A DNA stretch of 64,000 nucleotides from Trueperaceae bacterium (GCA_034521815.1 JAXHLW010000012.1:126953-190952); one strand, 5' to 3'. Counted from the first letter of the stretch, positions 27,563 to 37,287 are shown. A program made the numbers and translations. The notes: generated by a model not told the origin, from the sequence alone.

Positions 27563-28528
27563 CTACAGCTCGACGGCCCGCGTTCCGGTGTCGACCGTGC
27601 GGATCGGCACCTCGCGCAGGTCGGACAGCGCCTCCCGGACCGCGTCCTGCTGCCCGTCCGGACAGACGACCACGACGAACGCGCTGATCTTCCCGCCCGG
27701 CAGCTGCGCCTCCGCGCCGGTCGCGCGGACGCGGGCGACGACCTCCTCGACCTCGGCGTCCACGAACCGCCCGGGAAGGCGCTGCTTGAGCCGCTGCTGC
27801 TCCCCCACGCAGCGCGCGACGCCCGCCAGGTCGCCGCGGGCGAACGCGCCGGCCAGCTCGGCGACCAGGGCGCGCACGTCGTGCAGGATCGGCAGCGCCT
27901 CCTCGAGGTGGCTGGTCAGCAGGTCCAGCGACGGCTTGCTCTTCTGGTGCCGCCCCGAGTAGAACAGCAGCAGGCCGTCCTCGAACGCCTCGCGCGCGCC
28001 GGGCGCCAGCTCCAGCCCCACGTCCCGAACGCCGCTGCCGTCGTACGCCAAGCGTCGCAGGCCGCCCAGCGCGCAGATCGCCGGATCGTGGTAGCCCGAG
28101 GCGCCGGCCAGCATCTCGACCTCGACGCGCGCCGCGTCGCGGAGAAGCTCCCAGGCGTCGGGCCGCTGACCCTGGAGCCGACGCAGGGCGTGGAGGATCG
28201 AGACGGTGAGGGCCCCGCTGGTGCCCAGGCCGCTCTCGCCGGCGAGGTCCACCCGGAAGTCGACGTCGAGAGGCCGGTCCGCCAGGCCCGTCAGGCGCAG
28301 CGACTCGCGCAGCAGGTCGTGTCGCAGCCGCCCCGCGGCGGCCGTCTGCTCGTGGGTGTCGCGGTAGCGAACGTCGTACCTGCCGTCCAGGTCGTCCTTG
28401 ACAGTGACGTAGACGTGCTTGTCGATGGTGACGCTGAGCGTCTCGCCGCCGAACCGGCGGGCGTACGGCGCGAGGTCGGTCAGGCCGCCCGCCAGGGGAA
28501 TCCGCAGCGGGGTCTTGGCGACGATCAT
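27563..28528 (-). CDS. GHMP-family sugar kinase (HddA-like)
   Basis: KTPLRIPLAGGLTD, ESGLGTSGA, LLFYSG; ATGA coupling. Confidence 0.85.
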   Translation of the reverse strand: MIVAKTPLRIPLAGGLTDLAPYARRFGGETLSVTIDKHVYVTVKDDLDGRYDVRYRDTHEQTAAAGRLRHDLLRESLRLTGLADRPLDVDFRVDLAGESGLGTSGALTVSILHALRRLQGQRPDAWELLRDAARVEVEMLAGASGYHDPAICALGGLRRLAYDGSGVRDVGLELAPGAREAFEDGLLLFYSGRHQKSKPSLDLLTSHLEEALPILHDVRALVAELAGAFARGDLAGVARCVGEQQRLKQRLPGRFVDAEVEEVVARVRATGAEAQLPGGKISAFVVVVCPDGQQDAVREALSDLREVPIRTVDTGTRAVEL

Positions 28529-29280
28529 GGCGTGCCTTCCATGCCGGTCCGGACCGGCGGCAGGTCGTGGAGCTCGCGCACGCGCGCCTCGACCCGGGCC
28601 AGGTTCTCCTCGGCGCTGGGCGCCGTGCCGCCGAGGTGCAGCCACTCGTCCGCGTCGACGTAGCCGACTAGAAGGCCGGCCTCGATCATGCGCTGCAGGT
28701 TGGGCAGCATCCGGATCTCGCCGTTCGCGGCGACGTCCGTCATGCCCGCCATCGCGCCTGGCGCCAGCTTCCAGGCGCCGACGTCGAAGCGCTCGCCGTG
28801 GCCCTCGAACGCGCGCGTCACCCGGTCGCCCTGCACGTCGACACGCACCGTCGGGTTCTCGTTCGGATGGCCGGGCGCCAGCGTGAGGACGGAGTCGGCG
28901 GGGTGCGCGGCGAGGTCCCGGAACCGCTGGGCCGACACGTACCCGTCCGCGAGCCAGCACAGCGTGGGCTCGCTGGGCGGATCGGCCGCGTGCGCCAGCG
29001 CCAGCGCGTGGCCGGTGCCGCGCGGGTCCGGCTGCTCCAGGTAGCGGACCTGAAGTCCGTCGACCGCCGCGCCGAAGTAGGCGCGGACCTGCTCGCCGTG
29101 GTGACCCACGATGATGGTCAGCAGGTCGCGGCCGGGGCGGACCGCCTCGCTCTGCAGCAGGTTCTCGACCGAGAACGCCAGGAACGGCCGCAGGCCGACG
29201 GGGTACAGGCACTTCTGCAGGTAGTCGCCCAGTCGCCCGAAGCGGGTGCCCTTGCCGGCGGCCAGGCAGAGCGCGTTCAC
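28525..29280 (-). CDS. Sugar-phosphate nucleotidyltransferase
   Basis: LAAGKGTRF...KCLYPV, EQPDPRGTGHA. Confidence 0.87.
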   Translation of the reverse strand: MNALCLAAGKGTRFGRLGDYLQKCLYPVGLRPFLAFSVENLLQSEAVRPGRDLLTIIVGHHGEQVRAYFGAAVDGLQVRYLEQPDPRGTGHALALAHAADPPSEPTLCWLADGYVSAQRFRDLAAHPADSVLTLAPGHPNENPTVRVDVQGDRVTRAFEGHGERFDVGAWKLAPGAMAGMTDVAANGEIRMLPNLQRMIEAGLLVGYVDADEWLHLGGTAPSAEENLARVEARVRELHDLPPVRTGMEGTP

Positions 29281-29353
29281 CCCGTCGCCTCGATCCGCCC
29301 GCGGCGACCCGTCCGCGGGCGGTCGCGCCTACGGGCGGGTCGCGCGCCGACGG

Positions 29354-30820
29354 TCACGCGTCGTAGCTTCCCGAGGTCACCCCTCCGCCCGAGCCGATCC
29401 AGTCGAAGTGGACGTTCTCGCCGCGCGGGCGATCGATCCGTTCGAAGGTGTGCGCGCCGAAGTAGTCGCGTTGCGCCTGCAGCAGGTTCGCCGGGCCCCG
29501 CGCGGTCCGGTAGCCGTCGTAGAACGCCAGCGCCGCGGACATCGCCGGGGTGGCGACGCCGAAGGTGGCCGCGCGGGCGACCGTGCGGCGCCAGCCGTCC
29601 TGGGCGGCGTTCACCGCGTCGGCGAAGAACGGCGCGAGCAGCAGGTTCTCGAGCTCGCGCTCGGCCCGGAACGCGCTGGTGATGTCGTTCAGGAAGCGGC
29701 TTCGGATGATGCAGCCAGCGCGCCAAAGGGCAGCGGGCTCGCCCGGCTGGAGGCTCCACTCGTACGCTGCGGCCGCGTCGCGGAGCAACGCCAAGCCCTG
29801 GGCGTACGCGACGATCTTGCTGGCGTAGAGCGCGTCGTGCAGGTCGTCCAGGAACGACTCGTCGTCGCCGTCGTGCTCGTTGTCGGGGCCGTTCAGCACC
29901 TTCGCGGCGCGCTCGCGCTCGTCCTTCGCGGCCGACAGCGAGCGGGCGTCGACCGCCTCGGCGATGACGGTGAGCGGCACGCCCTGTTCCAGCGCGGTGA
30001 TCGCCGTCCAGCGGCCGGTGCCCTTCTGGCCGGCGGCGTCCAGGATCATGTCCAGCACGTACTGGCCGTCCTCGTCCTTCGTGCCGAGGATCTCGGCGGT
30101 GATCTCGATCAGGTAGCTGTCCAGCGCGCCCTCGTCCCAGCGCGCGTACACCGCCTGCATCCCCTCGTTCGTCAGACCCAGGCCGTCCTTCATCAGCTGG
30201 TAGCTCTCGGCGATGAGCTGCATGTCGCCGTACTCGATCCCGTTGTGGACCATCTTCACGAAGTGACCGGCGCCGTCCTCGCCCAGCCAGGCGACGCACG
30301 GCTCGCCGTCGGGCGCCTTGGCGGCGATCGCTTCCAGGATCGGCGCGACCTCGTCGTACGCGTCCTTGGGGCCGCCGGGCATGATGCTGGGGCCGTGGCG
30401 GGCCCCCTCCTCGCCGCCCGACACGCCGACGCCCAGGAAGCGGATGCCCTTTTCACGCAGCTCGGCCTCGCGGCGGCGGGTGTCGGGGTAGTGACTGTTC
30501 CCGCCGTCCATCACGATGTCGCCCTCGTCCAGCAGGGGGACGAGCTGGCCCAGCACGGCGTCCACCGCGCGGCCGGCCTGGACCATCAGCATCACCTTGC
30601 GGGGCCGCTCGAGCCGGCCGACGAGCTCGTCCAGCTCGTGGGCGGCGATCACGTTCGCGTCGCCCGCCCGCTGGTCCATGAACTCGTCGGTGACCGAGGT
30701 CGTACGGTTGTACACCGCCACGGTCACGCCGTGGTCGCTCATGTTGAGCACCAGGTTCTGGCCCATCACGGCCAGGCCGATCAGGCCGATGTCGGCGCGG
30801 GTTTCGGGTCCAACGTCCAT
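29354..30820 (-). CDS. gnd: 6-phosphogluconate dehydrogenase (decarboxylating, NADP)
   Basis: GLAVMGQNL, VSGGEEGA, KMVHNGIEYGDMQ, QKGTGRW, QRDYFGAHT. Confidence 0.97.
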   Translation of the reverse strand: MDVGPETRADIGLIGLAVMGQNLVLNMSDHGVTVAVYNRTTSVTDEFMDQRAGDANVIAAHELDELVGRLERPRKVMLMVQAGRAVDAVLGQLVPLLDEGDIVMDGGNSHYPDTRRREAELREKGIRFLGVGVSGGEEGARHGPSIMPGGPKDAYDEVAPILEAIAAKAPDGEPCVAWLGEDGAGHFVKMVHNGIEYGDMQLIAESYQLMKDGLGLTNEGMQAVYARWDEGALDSYLIEITAEILGTKDEDGQYVLDMILDAAGQKGTGRWTAITALEQGVPLTVIAEAVDARSLSAAKDERERAAKVLNGPDNEHDGDDESFLDDLHDALYASKIVAYAQGLALLRDAAAAYEWSLQPGEPAALWRAGCIIRSRFLNDITSAFRAERELENLLLAPFFADAVNAAQDGWRRTVARAATFGVATPAMSAALAFYDGYRTARGPANLLQAQRDYFGAHTFERIDRPRGENVHFDWIGSGGGVTSGSYDA

Positions 30821-30859
30821 GCTGACCTCCTATGCCCCGCGATTGGCGCGGCGCGTTGC

Positions 30860-30871
30860 GGTAACGTTACC
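30860..30871. promoter_or_regulatory. Perfect palindrome GGTAACGTTACC upstream of gnd (LacI-family-like operator)
   Basis: 12-bp perfect palindrome with a central CG, about 40 bp upstream of the ATG. Confidence 0.6.
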
Positions 30872-30920
30872 ATGCGTCGTTGGGCCGATTCCTTCGCCGC
30901 GGGCGACCTCCAGCTGGCGT

Positions 30921-31349
30921 CTAGCTGGCGTCGGCCCGGGCCCGCCGCAGCGCTTCCGCGCTGACGGCGCGACCCCACAACGCCACCGCGAAGATCACCA
31001 TCCCGGCCAGCGTCGCCGAGCCCGCCGCCACCAGGACCCAGCGCAGCGACGACGGCCCGGCCATCCGCCACCACGGCTCGACCACGACGCGGATCGCCAG
31101 GCCGCCGTGGAACAGGGCGAACGCCCACGCCTCGAGCCGCGGGGTCCGCCGCCCGCCCGGCCGCGGCATCAGCCAGAACGCCACGCCCATCACCAGCGAC
31201 AGGAAGAAGCCGAGCACGCCCGCGTGAACGTGCACCACCCGGAACGCCCCCATCCAGCGCGGCCACGCCAGGAACACGGTGCCCAGCAGGCCCGTCAGGA
31301 CCAGGTACACCAGCGCCGTGCGAACGAACAGGGCCTGGACGCGGCTCAC
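30921..31349 (-). CDS. Small membrane protein resembling heme-copper oxidase subunit I / NnrS-like helices
   Basis: About four TM helices, VHVHAGVLGFF...GVAFWLMPR; GTGA coupling. Confidence 0.65.
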   Translation of the reverse strand: MSRVQALFVRTALVYLVLTGLLGTVFLAWPRWMGAFRVVHVHAGVLGFFLSLVMGVAFWLMPRPGGRRTPRLEAWAFALFHGGLAIRVVVEPWWRMAGPSSLRWVLVAAGSATLAGMVIFAVALWGRAVSAEALRRARADAS

Positions 31350-32212
31350 GCCCGGATCCCCGCGGCCAGCGCCACGACCCAGACCAGGCCCGCGACCGTC
31401 TCGGCCATCCCGATCCGCGACGGAGGAACCGCCGGTGCGCCGCCGCGCAGCGTCCACAGCGCACGTGCGCCCAGCACGATCGCCACGCCCGCCGCCCACG
31501 GCGCGAGGTGGCCGGTGAGCGCGGCGGCGACCGCGACGAGGGGCAGCGCCATTGCGCCCAGTCGCGCACTCCGGATCGCGGCGTCGCGTCCACGCGCGCG
31601 CCTTAGGCGGGCGCGAACGGCCGGGACCGACGCGCCGATCCGCAGGATCAGCCATCCCCACGCCGCCCAGGCGACCGCGGCGGACGCGCCGCCCGCCAGC
31701 GCGATGGCGGGCGCAAGGCCGGCCAGCGCCACCGCGCCCGAGACCTGCGCGGCCGCCGTCTTGCCGCGGAACGCCCGGTCCAGGCTCAGCTGGAGCCCCG
31801 CGGGCACGGCGGCCAGGGCCAACGGCAGCCACCACGCCGACGCCAGCGTCACGGCGACCGTCGGGTTCGTGCCCGCTGGGCCCGCCGTCGAGGCTTGCGC
31901 GGCCAGCACGGCCGCCGCAGCCAGCCCGGCTGCGGCCGCGAGTCCCAGCGCCAGCGCGATGCGGCTCGCGACCGTGGTGCGCGGGTAGCGCCGGCCGCGA
32001 CGCAGATCGGCCAGGGCCAGCGCCGCCGGCTGCTGTGCCAGGACCGCCGACGCCCCTGCCAGCGCCAACGCGATCCCCGCCCACGACGGCGCCAGCAGCG
32101 AGCCCAGCAGCACCGGCTCGGCCCAGAGGCCGTACACGCCGTGCTCCTGGGGGCGGATCAGCGGGCCGAGGGCTACGCGAGGTCGCTGGCTGGCCGCGCG
32201 GTCAGCGGCCAT
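31346..32212 (-). CDS. YwiC-like membrane protein
   Basis: N-terminal PQEHG motif; multi-TM; C-terminal SRIGMAE. Confidence 0.8.
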   Translation of the reverse strand: MAADRAASQRPRVALGPLIRPQEHGVYGLWAEPVLLGSLLAPSWAGIALALAGASAVLAQQPAALALADLRRGRRYPRTTVASRIALALGLAAAAGLAAAAVLAAQASTAGPAGTNPTVAVTLASAWWLPLALAAVPAGLQLSLDRAFRGKTAAAQVSGAVALAGLAPAIALAGGASAAVAWAAWGWLILRIGASVPAVRARLRRARGRDAAIRSARLGAMALPLVAVAAALTGHLAPWAAGVAIVLGARALWTLRGGAPAVPPSRIGMAETVAGLVWVVALAAGIRA

Positions 32213-32423
32213 CGCCCGCCTGCTCCGGCTCGCGCCAGGTGAGGGCCCCGGTCGGGCAGGCGGCCATCGCCAGCAAGGTGTCCGGCGTGACCGGCACGTC
32301 GCGACCGTCACCGATCTCGGGCGCCAGCAGATGACACAGCTCGCCGTGCTGACAGCGTTCTGGGTCGATGCGCATCGTGCGAGGTCTGAGGCGGGGCTTC
32401 GGGTGCGGGCTCGACTCGGTCAT
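32202..32423 (-). CDS. Small ferredoxin (3Fe-4S-type pattern)
   Basis: IDPERCQHGELC..LAPE...ACPTGAL (C-x5-C...CP). Confidence 0.75.
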   Translation of the reverse strand: MTESSPHPKPRLRPRTMRIDPERCQHGELCHLLAPEIGDGRDVPVTPDTLLAMAACPTGALTWREPEQAGDGR

Positions 32424-32451
32424 GCGCTCAGCCTGGCCCGTCGCCACGGGA

Positions 32452-32492
32452 TCGCGCCATGACTCAGGTCGCGCCATGACTCAGGTCGTGCC
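32452..32492. promoter_or_regulatory. 17-bp tandem repeat containing TGAC-N4-GTC boxes upstream of the ferredoxin gene
   Basis: tcgcgccatgactcagg x2.4; boxes centred about -42 and -59 from the ATG at 32423, which follows CAGGCT-N6. Confidence 0.6.
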
Positions 32493-32536
32493 GTGGCGGC
32501 GTCGTGCGGTCACGCCAAGGTCGGCGACAGGCCGCG

Positions 32537-33268
32537 TCAGCGTCGCGCGGTCGACGCCAGCTCGCGAAGCCCGTCGCGGTCGGCGTCGATCACGCGGCGA
32601 CCGTCCATGCGCACCAGTCCCTGCTGCGCCAGCCGGGACAGGTTGCGGCTCGCCAGCTCCGGAACGGTCCCCAGCGAGGCCGCCAGCTCGGCGTTGGTGG
32701 GCAGGTCGAACGGCAGGCCCGCGTCGGCCCGATCGGCCAGCAGAAGCGCCAAGCGCTGCACCACCTCCTGGAACGACAGGCGCTCGATCAGCCCGACGAG
32801 TTTCCTGAGGCGTCGACCCAGCGTGCCCAGCAGCGCCCTCGACAGGCGCGGCCGGGCGTCGAGAAGCGCCTCCAGCGCGGTTTGAGGCAAGGCCAGGGTC
32901 TCGCTGTCGAGCTCGGCCTCGGCGTGCGCGGGGTACGGCCCGCCGTCGAACGAGGGGAGCTCGGCGACGGCGTGGTACGGCGTCTCCTGGGTCAGGACCA
33001 GCGGCCGTCCCGAGCGTGGCGACGCGACCTGGACGATGATCTTGCCGCGGACGACGACGTGGAGCGCCTCGGGCCGATCGCCGGCGAGGAACAGCAGCGT
33101 TCCCGCGGCGTGGTGACGGCGCTCGGCGATGCCGGCCAGGGCAGCCAGCTCGTCGTCAGGAAGATCGGCGAACAGCGGGCAGCGCGCCAGAACCTCGGCG
33201 TCGGTCATCGCGGCGTCTGACTTCGCACCGTCGGTCTTCGCGCCGTCGGTCTTCGCGCCGTCGCTCAT
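32537..33268 (-). CDS. Crp/Fnr-family regulator (Dnr-like)
   Basis: CPLFADL...LFLAGD...AELPSFDGGPYPA; HTH NAELAASLGTVPELASR; ATGA overlap with nsrR. Confidence 0.9.
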   Translation of the reverse strand: MSDGAKTDGAKTDGAKSDAAMTDAEVLARCPLFADLPDDELAALAGIAERRHHAAGTLLFLAGDRPEALHVVVRGKIIVQVASPRSGRPLVLTQETPYHAVAELPSFDGGPYPAHAEAELDSETLALPQTALEALLDARPRLSRALLGTLGRRLRKLVGLIERLSFQEVVQRLALLLADRADAGLPFDLPTNAELAASLGTVPELASRNLSRLAQQGLVRMDGRRVIDADRDGLRELASTARR

Positions 33269-33726
33269 CCCGCCGTCGGGAGCGCCTCCGGCGCCTCGGG
33301 CGCGCCGTCGGTCGGCGCGTCCGCGAGGTCGCCGACCCGGACCCCCGCCAGCACGGCACGGATCTCGCCGGCTGCGCGGTGGTACGCCACGTTCAGGAGG
33401 CAGGCGCCCTTGCGGCGGGTGGTGACGCACTGCACCTGCGCCTGGCAGGTGTCCATCACGAACGGTCCCGAGACCGCCTCGATCACGTCGAGGAGCGTCA
33501 CCTCGGCGGTGTCGACCACCGGGCGCACGCCGCCGTGGCGGCCCATGCGGCTGCTGAGCAGGCCGGCGTCCACCAGGCGGCGCAGCACCTTGGCCAGGAA
33601 CGCGGGAGGCATCTCGAGGTCGCGCGCCATCTGCGCGGCGCTGGCGCCGGGATTCTCCGACGCGTAGATCAGCGCGTGGATGGCGTAGCTCTCCTCGCGC
33701 CGCAGCAGGGTGCGAAGGCCGTCCAT
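33265..33726 (-). CDS. nsrR: Rrf2-family Fe-S regulator, Thermus-type NsrR-like
   Basis: LRTLLRREESYAIHAL...PPAFLAKVL...GRHGGV; C-x5-C-x8-C cluster ligands. Confidence 0.8.
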   Translation of the reverse strand: MDGLRTLLRREESYAIHALIYASENPGASAAQMARDLEMPPAFLAKVLRRLVDAGLLSSRMGRHGGVRPVVDTAEVTLLDVIEAVSGPFVMDTCQAQVQCVTTRRKGACLLNVAYHRAAGEIRAVLAGVRVGDLADAPTDGAPEAPEALPTAG

Positions 33727-35015
33727 CACGTCGCGCGCCCGAGCTTCGTCAGGGACCGGTCTACGGCACGCTCGAACCGCTGCAGCGCCTGATCGACGTC
33801 GTCCTCCGTGGCGACCAGCGGAGGAATCCAGCGGATCACGTTGCCGGCGGGGCCGCAGCCCAGGATCAGCATCCGCTCGTCCAGGCAGGCGCGCAGGACG
33901 TGTTTGGCCAGCTCGGCGTCCGGTCGGTCGTCGCGGTGGAGCTCGACCCCCACCATCAGCCCGGGGCCGCGCACCTCGGCCTGAACGCCGTCGCGGCCCA
34001 CGGTCCGCCGCAGGCCGTCGCGCAGCTGCTCGCCGCGCTCGGTGGCGGCGGCCGGGAGATCCTCGTCGACGATCACGTCGATCGTGGCGCTCGCGGCGGC
34101 CAGCACCACGGCGTTCCCGCCCCCGTAGGTGCCCCCGTGGGTGCCCGGCTCCCAGCGCGACATGGTGTCCGCAGGCGCGCCGATCGCCGAGATCGGAAAC
34201 CCCGAACCCAGCCCCTTGGCCATGATCAGCACGTCGGGCCGGACGTTCGCGTGGTCGACCGCGAACATCGCGCCGGTCCGCCCGAACCCGGACTGGACCT
34301 CGTCCAACGCCAGCAGGATGCCGTGCTCGTCGCAGCGCTCGCGGAGGCCGGCCAGGAAGCGCGCCGGCGCGGGCACGTAGCCACCCTCGCCCAGGACCGG
34401 CTCGATCACCATCGCGGCGGTCTCGTCCGGAGCGGTCTGGCTGGCGAAGAGCAGATCGAGCTGCGCCAGCGCGAAGTCGATGGCGCGCTCCTGATCCATG
34501 CCCAGCTGCAGGGCGTAGGGGAACGGCGCGACGAACGTCCCGGCCGGAAGCGGCTGGTAGCGATGGCGGTACGCGGTCTTCGAGGTCGTCATCGCCATCG
34601 CCTGGTGGGTACGACCGTGGAAGCTGCCCTGGAACACGATCAGGTTGGAGCGTCCGGTGGCGTGCCGGGCCAGCTTCACCGCGGCCTCGACCGCCTCCGC
34701 GCCGGAGTTCGAGAAGAAGAACGTGTCGATCCCCGGCGGCGTGACGCGCTCCAGCCGCTCGGCCAGCGCGTCGGCTTGCGGCAGGCGCACGATGTTCGCC
34801 TGCCCGAAGAACAGGCGTTCTGCCTGCTCGCGGACCGCGGCCACGACGCGTGGATGCGCGTGGCCGGTGTTCGTCACGCCGATCCCGCTGGTCATGTCCA
34901 GCCAGCGGTGGCCCTGGTCGTCCTCGAGCCAGGCCCCTTGGCCGCGGACGGGCCGGACGTCGGTCAGATGCGTCCAAACGGGCGACAGGGTGGAGGAGGC
35001 GGCCAGCTCGCTCAT
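33726..35015 (-). CDS. Class III PLP aminotransferase (GabT-like)
   Basis: NSGAEAVEAA, SFHGRT, EPVLGEGG, DEVQSGFGRTG, MAKG, HGGTYGG. Confidence 0.93.
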   Translation of the reverse strand: MSELAASSTLSPVWTHLTDVRPVRGQGAWLEDDQGHRWLDMTSGIGVTNTGHAHPRVVAAVREQAERLFFGQANIVRLPQADALAERLERVTPPGIDTFFFSNSGAEAVEAAVKLARHATGRSNLIVFQGSFHGRTHQAMAMTTSKTAYRHRYQPLPAGTFVAPFPYALQLGMDQERAIDFALAQLDLLFASQTAPDETAAMVIEPVLGEGGYVPAPARFLAGLRERCDEHGILLALDEVQSGFGRTGAMFAVDHANVRPDVLIMAKGLGSGFPISAIGAPADTMSRWEPGTHGGTYGGGNAVVLAAASATIDVIVDEDLPAAATERGEQLRDGLRRTVGRDGVQAEVRGPGLMVGVELHRDDRPDAELAKHVLRACLDERMLILGCGPAGNVIRWIPPLVATEDDVDQALQRFERAVDRSLTKLGRAT

Positions 35016-35453
35016 AACCCCGAATGCTAGCAGGATCCGGCTCGGAAGTCTCGTCGCTGCGCCGCACGCGGCCTCGGCCCGGGTCGGCTACGCTTCGCTT
35101 CACCATGCGCACGCGTCTCGCTCTCGTCCGCTCGCATCGACCCGGCTGCCGGGCGTGGACGCCGCATGCCGAGTTCCGTGAGACGTCGCGCCGGCTCGGC
35201 CGCCGCTCGACCTGACGCCGGACCGGACGCCCGACTGGACGCCCGACCGACGCCCTGAACGCACCCCCACACGCACCGATCGACCTGACGCGACCGCCGC
35301 CGTGCTCGTGCCCCACCGCGCGACGGCCCTCGTGGCGCCCTGCGCTACGGCGCCGCCCTGTCGCGTCGATCCCACCCGCACCGATCCTGCCCGGGCGCCT
35401 CTGCACGGTTCGCACCGCAGACGCCCACCTGCACGGATGCCTAGGAGGCCCCG

Positions 35454-37229
35454 ATGGACCTTCCGCTGCTCGACCTGTTCCTGATCCTGCTCGCCGCCTT
35501 CGTCGGCGGGCGCCTGGCGATCCGCGCCGGCTACCCCTCGGTCCTGGGCGAGCTGGCGGCCGGCATCGTGCTGGGTCCGCCCCTGCTGGGCCTGCTGGCG
35601 GGCGGCGAGGCGATCGCCGTCCTGGCCGAGGTCGGCGTGCTGCTGATGATGCTCTTCATCGGCATGGAGATCGATCCGCACGAGCTGCGCAAAGCGTCCA
35701 GCGGCGGGATTCTCGCCGCGCTGGGTGGATTCGTCGTGCCGTTCGCGCTGGGCTTCTGGGTGGTCCAGGCGTCCGGCGGCACCGTCATGGCGGCGGTGTT
35801 CGTCGGCATGGCGATGGGCGTGACGTCGCTGGCCACGAAGTCGCGCATCCTGGTCGATCTGCGCATCCTGGATACCCGGATCGCCCACGTGATGATGGCG
35901 GGCGCGCTGGTGGCCGACACCCTCTCGCTGCTGATCTTCGCCGGCATCACCAGCGTCGTCGCGGTGGGAAGCCTGAACCTCGGAGCGGTGGCGCTGATCG
36001 CCGTTCGGGTGCTGGCGTTCTTCGCGCTGGCCTGGATCGTGGGAACGCGGCTGCTGCCACCGGCGTGGCGCTGGCTGCAACGTCGCGGCATGGACCGCGC
36101 CGGCGCCGTTCCGATGATGCTGCTGGTGGCGCTGGCGTTCGCCGAGGGGGCCCACCTGGCCGGGCTCCACGGCATCCTCGGCACCTTCGTGGCCGGGCTG
36201 GCCCTGCGCGAGGCGATCGGCGAGCGACGCCTCTCGCACGACCTGACCGGCCTGGTCAAGGACGTGTCGCTCGGGTTCCTGGCGCCGGTGTTCTTCGTCA
36301 CCGCCGGGTTCGAGGTGACGTTCGCCGTGTTCACCGAGGCGCCCGGCCTGCTGCTCGGGGTGATCCTCCTGGCGACGGTCGGCAAGATCGTGGGGACGGC
36401 GCTGGCCTACCTGCCCACCGGTCACGGCTGGCGCGAGGGCGTGGTCCTGGGCGCAGGGATGAACGGCCGCGGCGCGGTCGAGATCATCATCGCCGGGATC
36501 GGCCTTCAGGCCGGGATCATCGACCGCACCACCTTCTCGATCCTCGTGCTCATGGCGATCGCGACCACCGCGACGGTGCCGTTGGTCCTGACCTGGGGCG
36601 TGCGCTGGCTCGAGGGGCGCGGGGAGCTGGCGCGCTCGACCGGCCGGGCCGGTGCGGTCGTCATCGGAGCGGGACCGCTGGCGCGCGCGCTGGCGGCGAA
36701 GCTGGCCGCGTACGGCCCGGTGACGTTGGTCGACCGCAACGCCGAACACGTGGAGGCCGCGCGGGACGCCGGGTTCGAGGTCGTCCACGGCGACGCGCTG
36801 GATAGCGAGGTGCTCGCGCTCGCGGGGATCGCCGAGGCGTCGACGGTGGCGGCGGCCACGCCGAACGGCGAGATCAACGTGATGGTGGCGCAACGGGCCC
36901 GGGAGACGTGGCTGGTCCCGAACCTGTACGCGCTGCTTCCTCGCGAGGACGACGGCGGCCTGTTCGCGGTGCTGGACGGCATGGGCGGACATGCGCTGTT
37001 CGCGGGTCCGATGGACCCGGTCGTCTGGGACGCGAAGATCGCCGAGGGCCAGACCGCCGAGGCGGTGTGGGCCGTGGGTCCCGAGTCGGACGCCGCTGCC
37101 GAGACCGCGCGGCGGCTCACGCAGGGACGCGTGCTGCCGCTGGCGCTCCTTCGCGGGGAGGGCGCGCGACCGTTCGGCGGCGACCTCGAGGCGGGAGATC
37201 GCGTGGTGGTGCTGGAAACGGCCAGCTGA
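35454..37229 (+). CDS. CPA2 cation:proton antiporter with a TrkA_N domain
   Basis: PSVLGELAAGIVLGP, FLAPVFFV, MNGRGAVE; GAGPLA...VHGDA (TrkA_N); AGGAGG RBS. Confidence 0.92.
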   Translation: MDLPLLDLFLILLAAFVGGRLAIRAGYPSVLGELAAGIVLGPPLLGLLAGGEAIAVLAEVGVLLMMLFIGMEIDPHELRKASSGGILAALGGFVVPFALGFWVVQASGGTVMAAVFVGMAMGVTSLATKSRILVDLRILDTRIAHVMMAGALVADTLSLLIFAGITSVVAVGSLNLGAVALIAVRVLAFFALAWIVGTRLLPPAWRWLQRRGMDRAGAVPMMLLVALAFAEGAHLAGLHGILGTFVAGLALREAIGERRLSHDLTGLVKDVSLGFLAPVFFVTAGFEVTFAVFTEAPGLLLGVILLATVGKIVGTALAYLPTGHGWREGVVLGAGMNGRGAVEIIIAGIGLQAGIIDRTTFSILVLMAIATTATVPLVLTWGVRWLEGRGELARSTGRAGAVVIGAGPLARALAAKLAAYGPVTLVDRNAEHVEAARDAGFEVVHGDALDSEVLALAGIAEASTVAAATPNGEINVMVAQRARETWLVPNLYALLPREDDGGLFAVLDGMGGHALFAGPMDPVVWDAKIAEGQTAEAVWAVGPESDAAAETARRLTQGRVLPLALLRGEGARPFGGDLEAGDRVVVLETAS

Positions 37230-37239
37230 TACGAGCACC

Positions 37240-37287
37240 ACGTGATCGAGCCCGGCGTCGGTCCTGGAGCGCCGGGCTCGATCACGT
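37240..37287. terminator. Perfect 18-bp stem, 12-nt loop hairpin
   Basis: acgtgatcgagcccggcg / cgccgggctcgatcacgt, just after the antiporter stop; no clear U-tract. Confidence 0.75.

Noticed and set aside
35030-35450. Riboswitch or small gene in the long aminotransferase-antiporter gap
   Set aside because: Only degenerate gacgcc-type repeats; no recognisable RNA motif or convincing ORF
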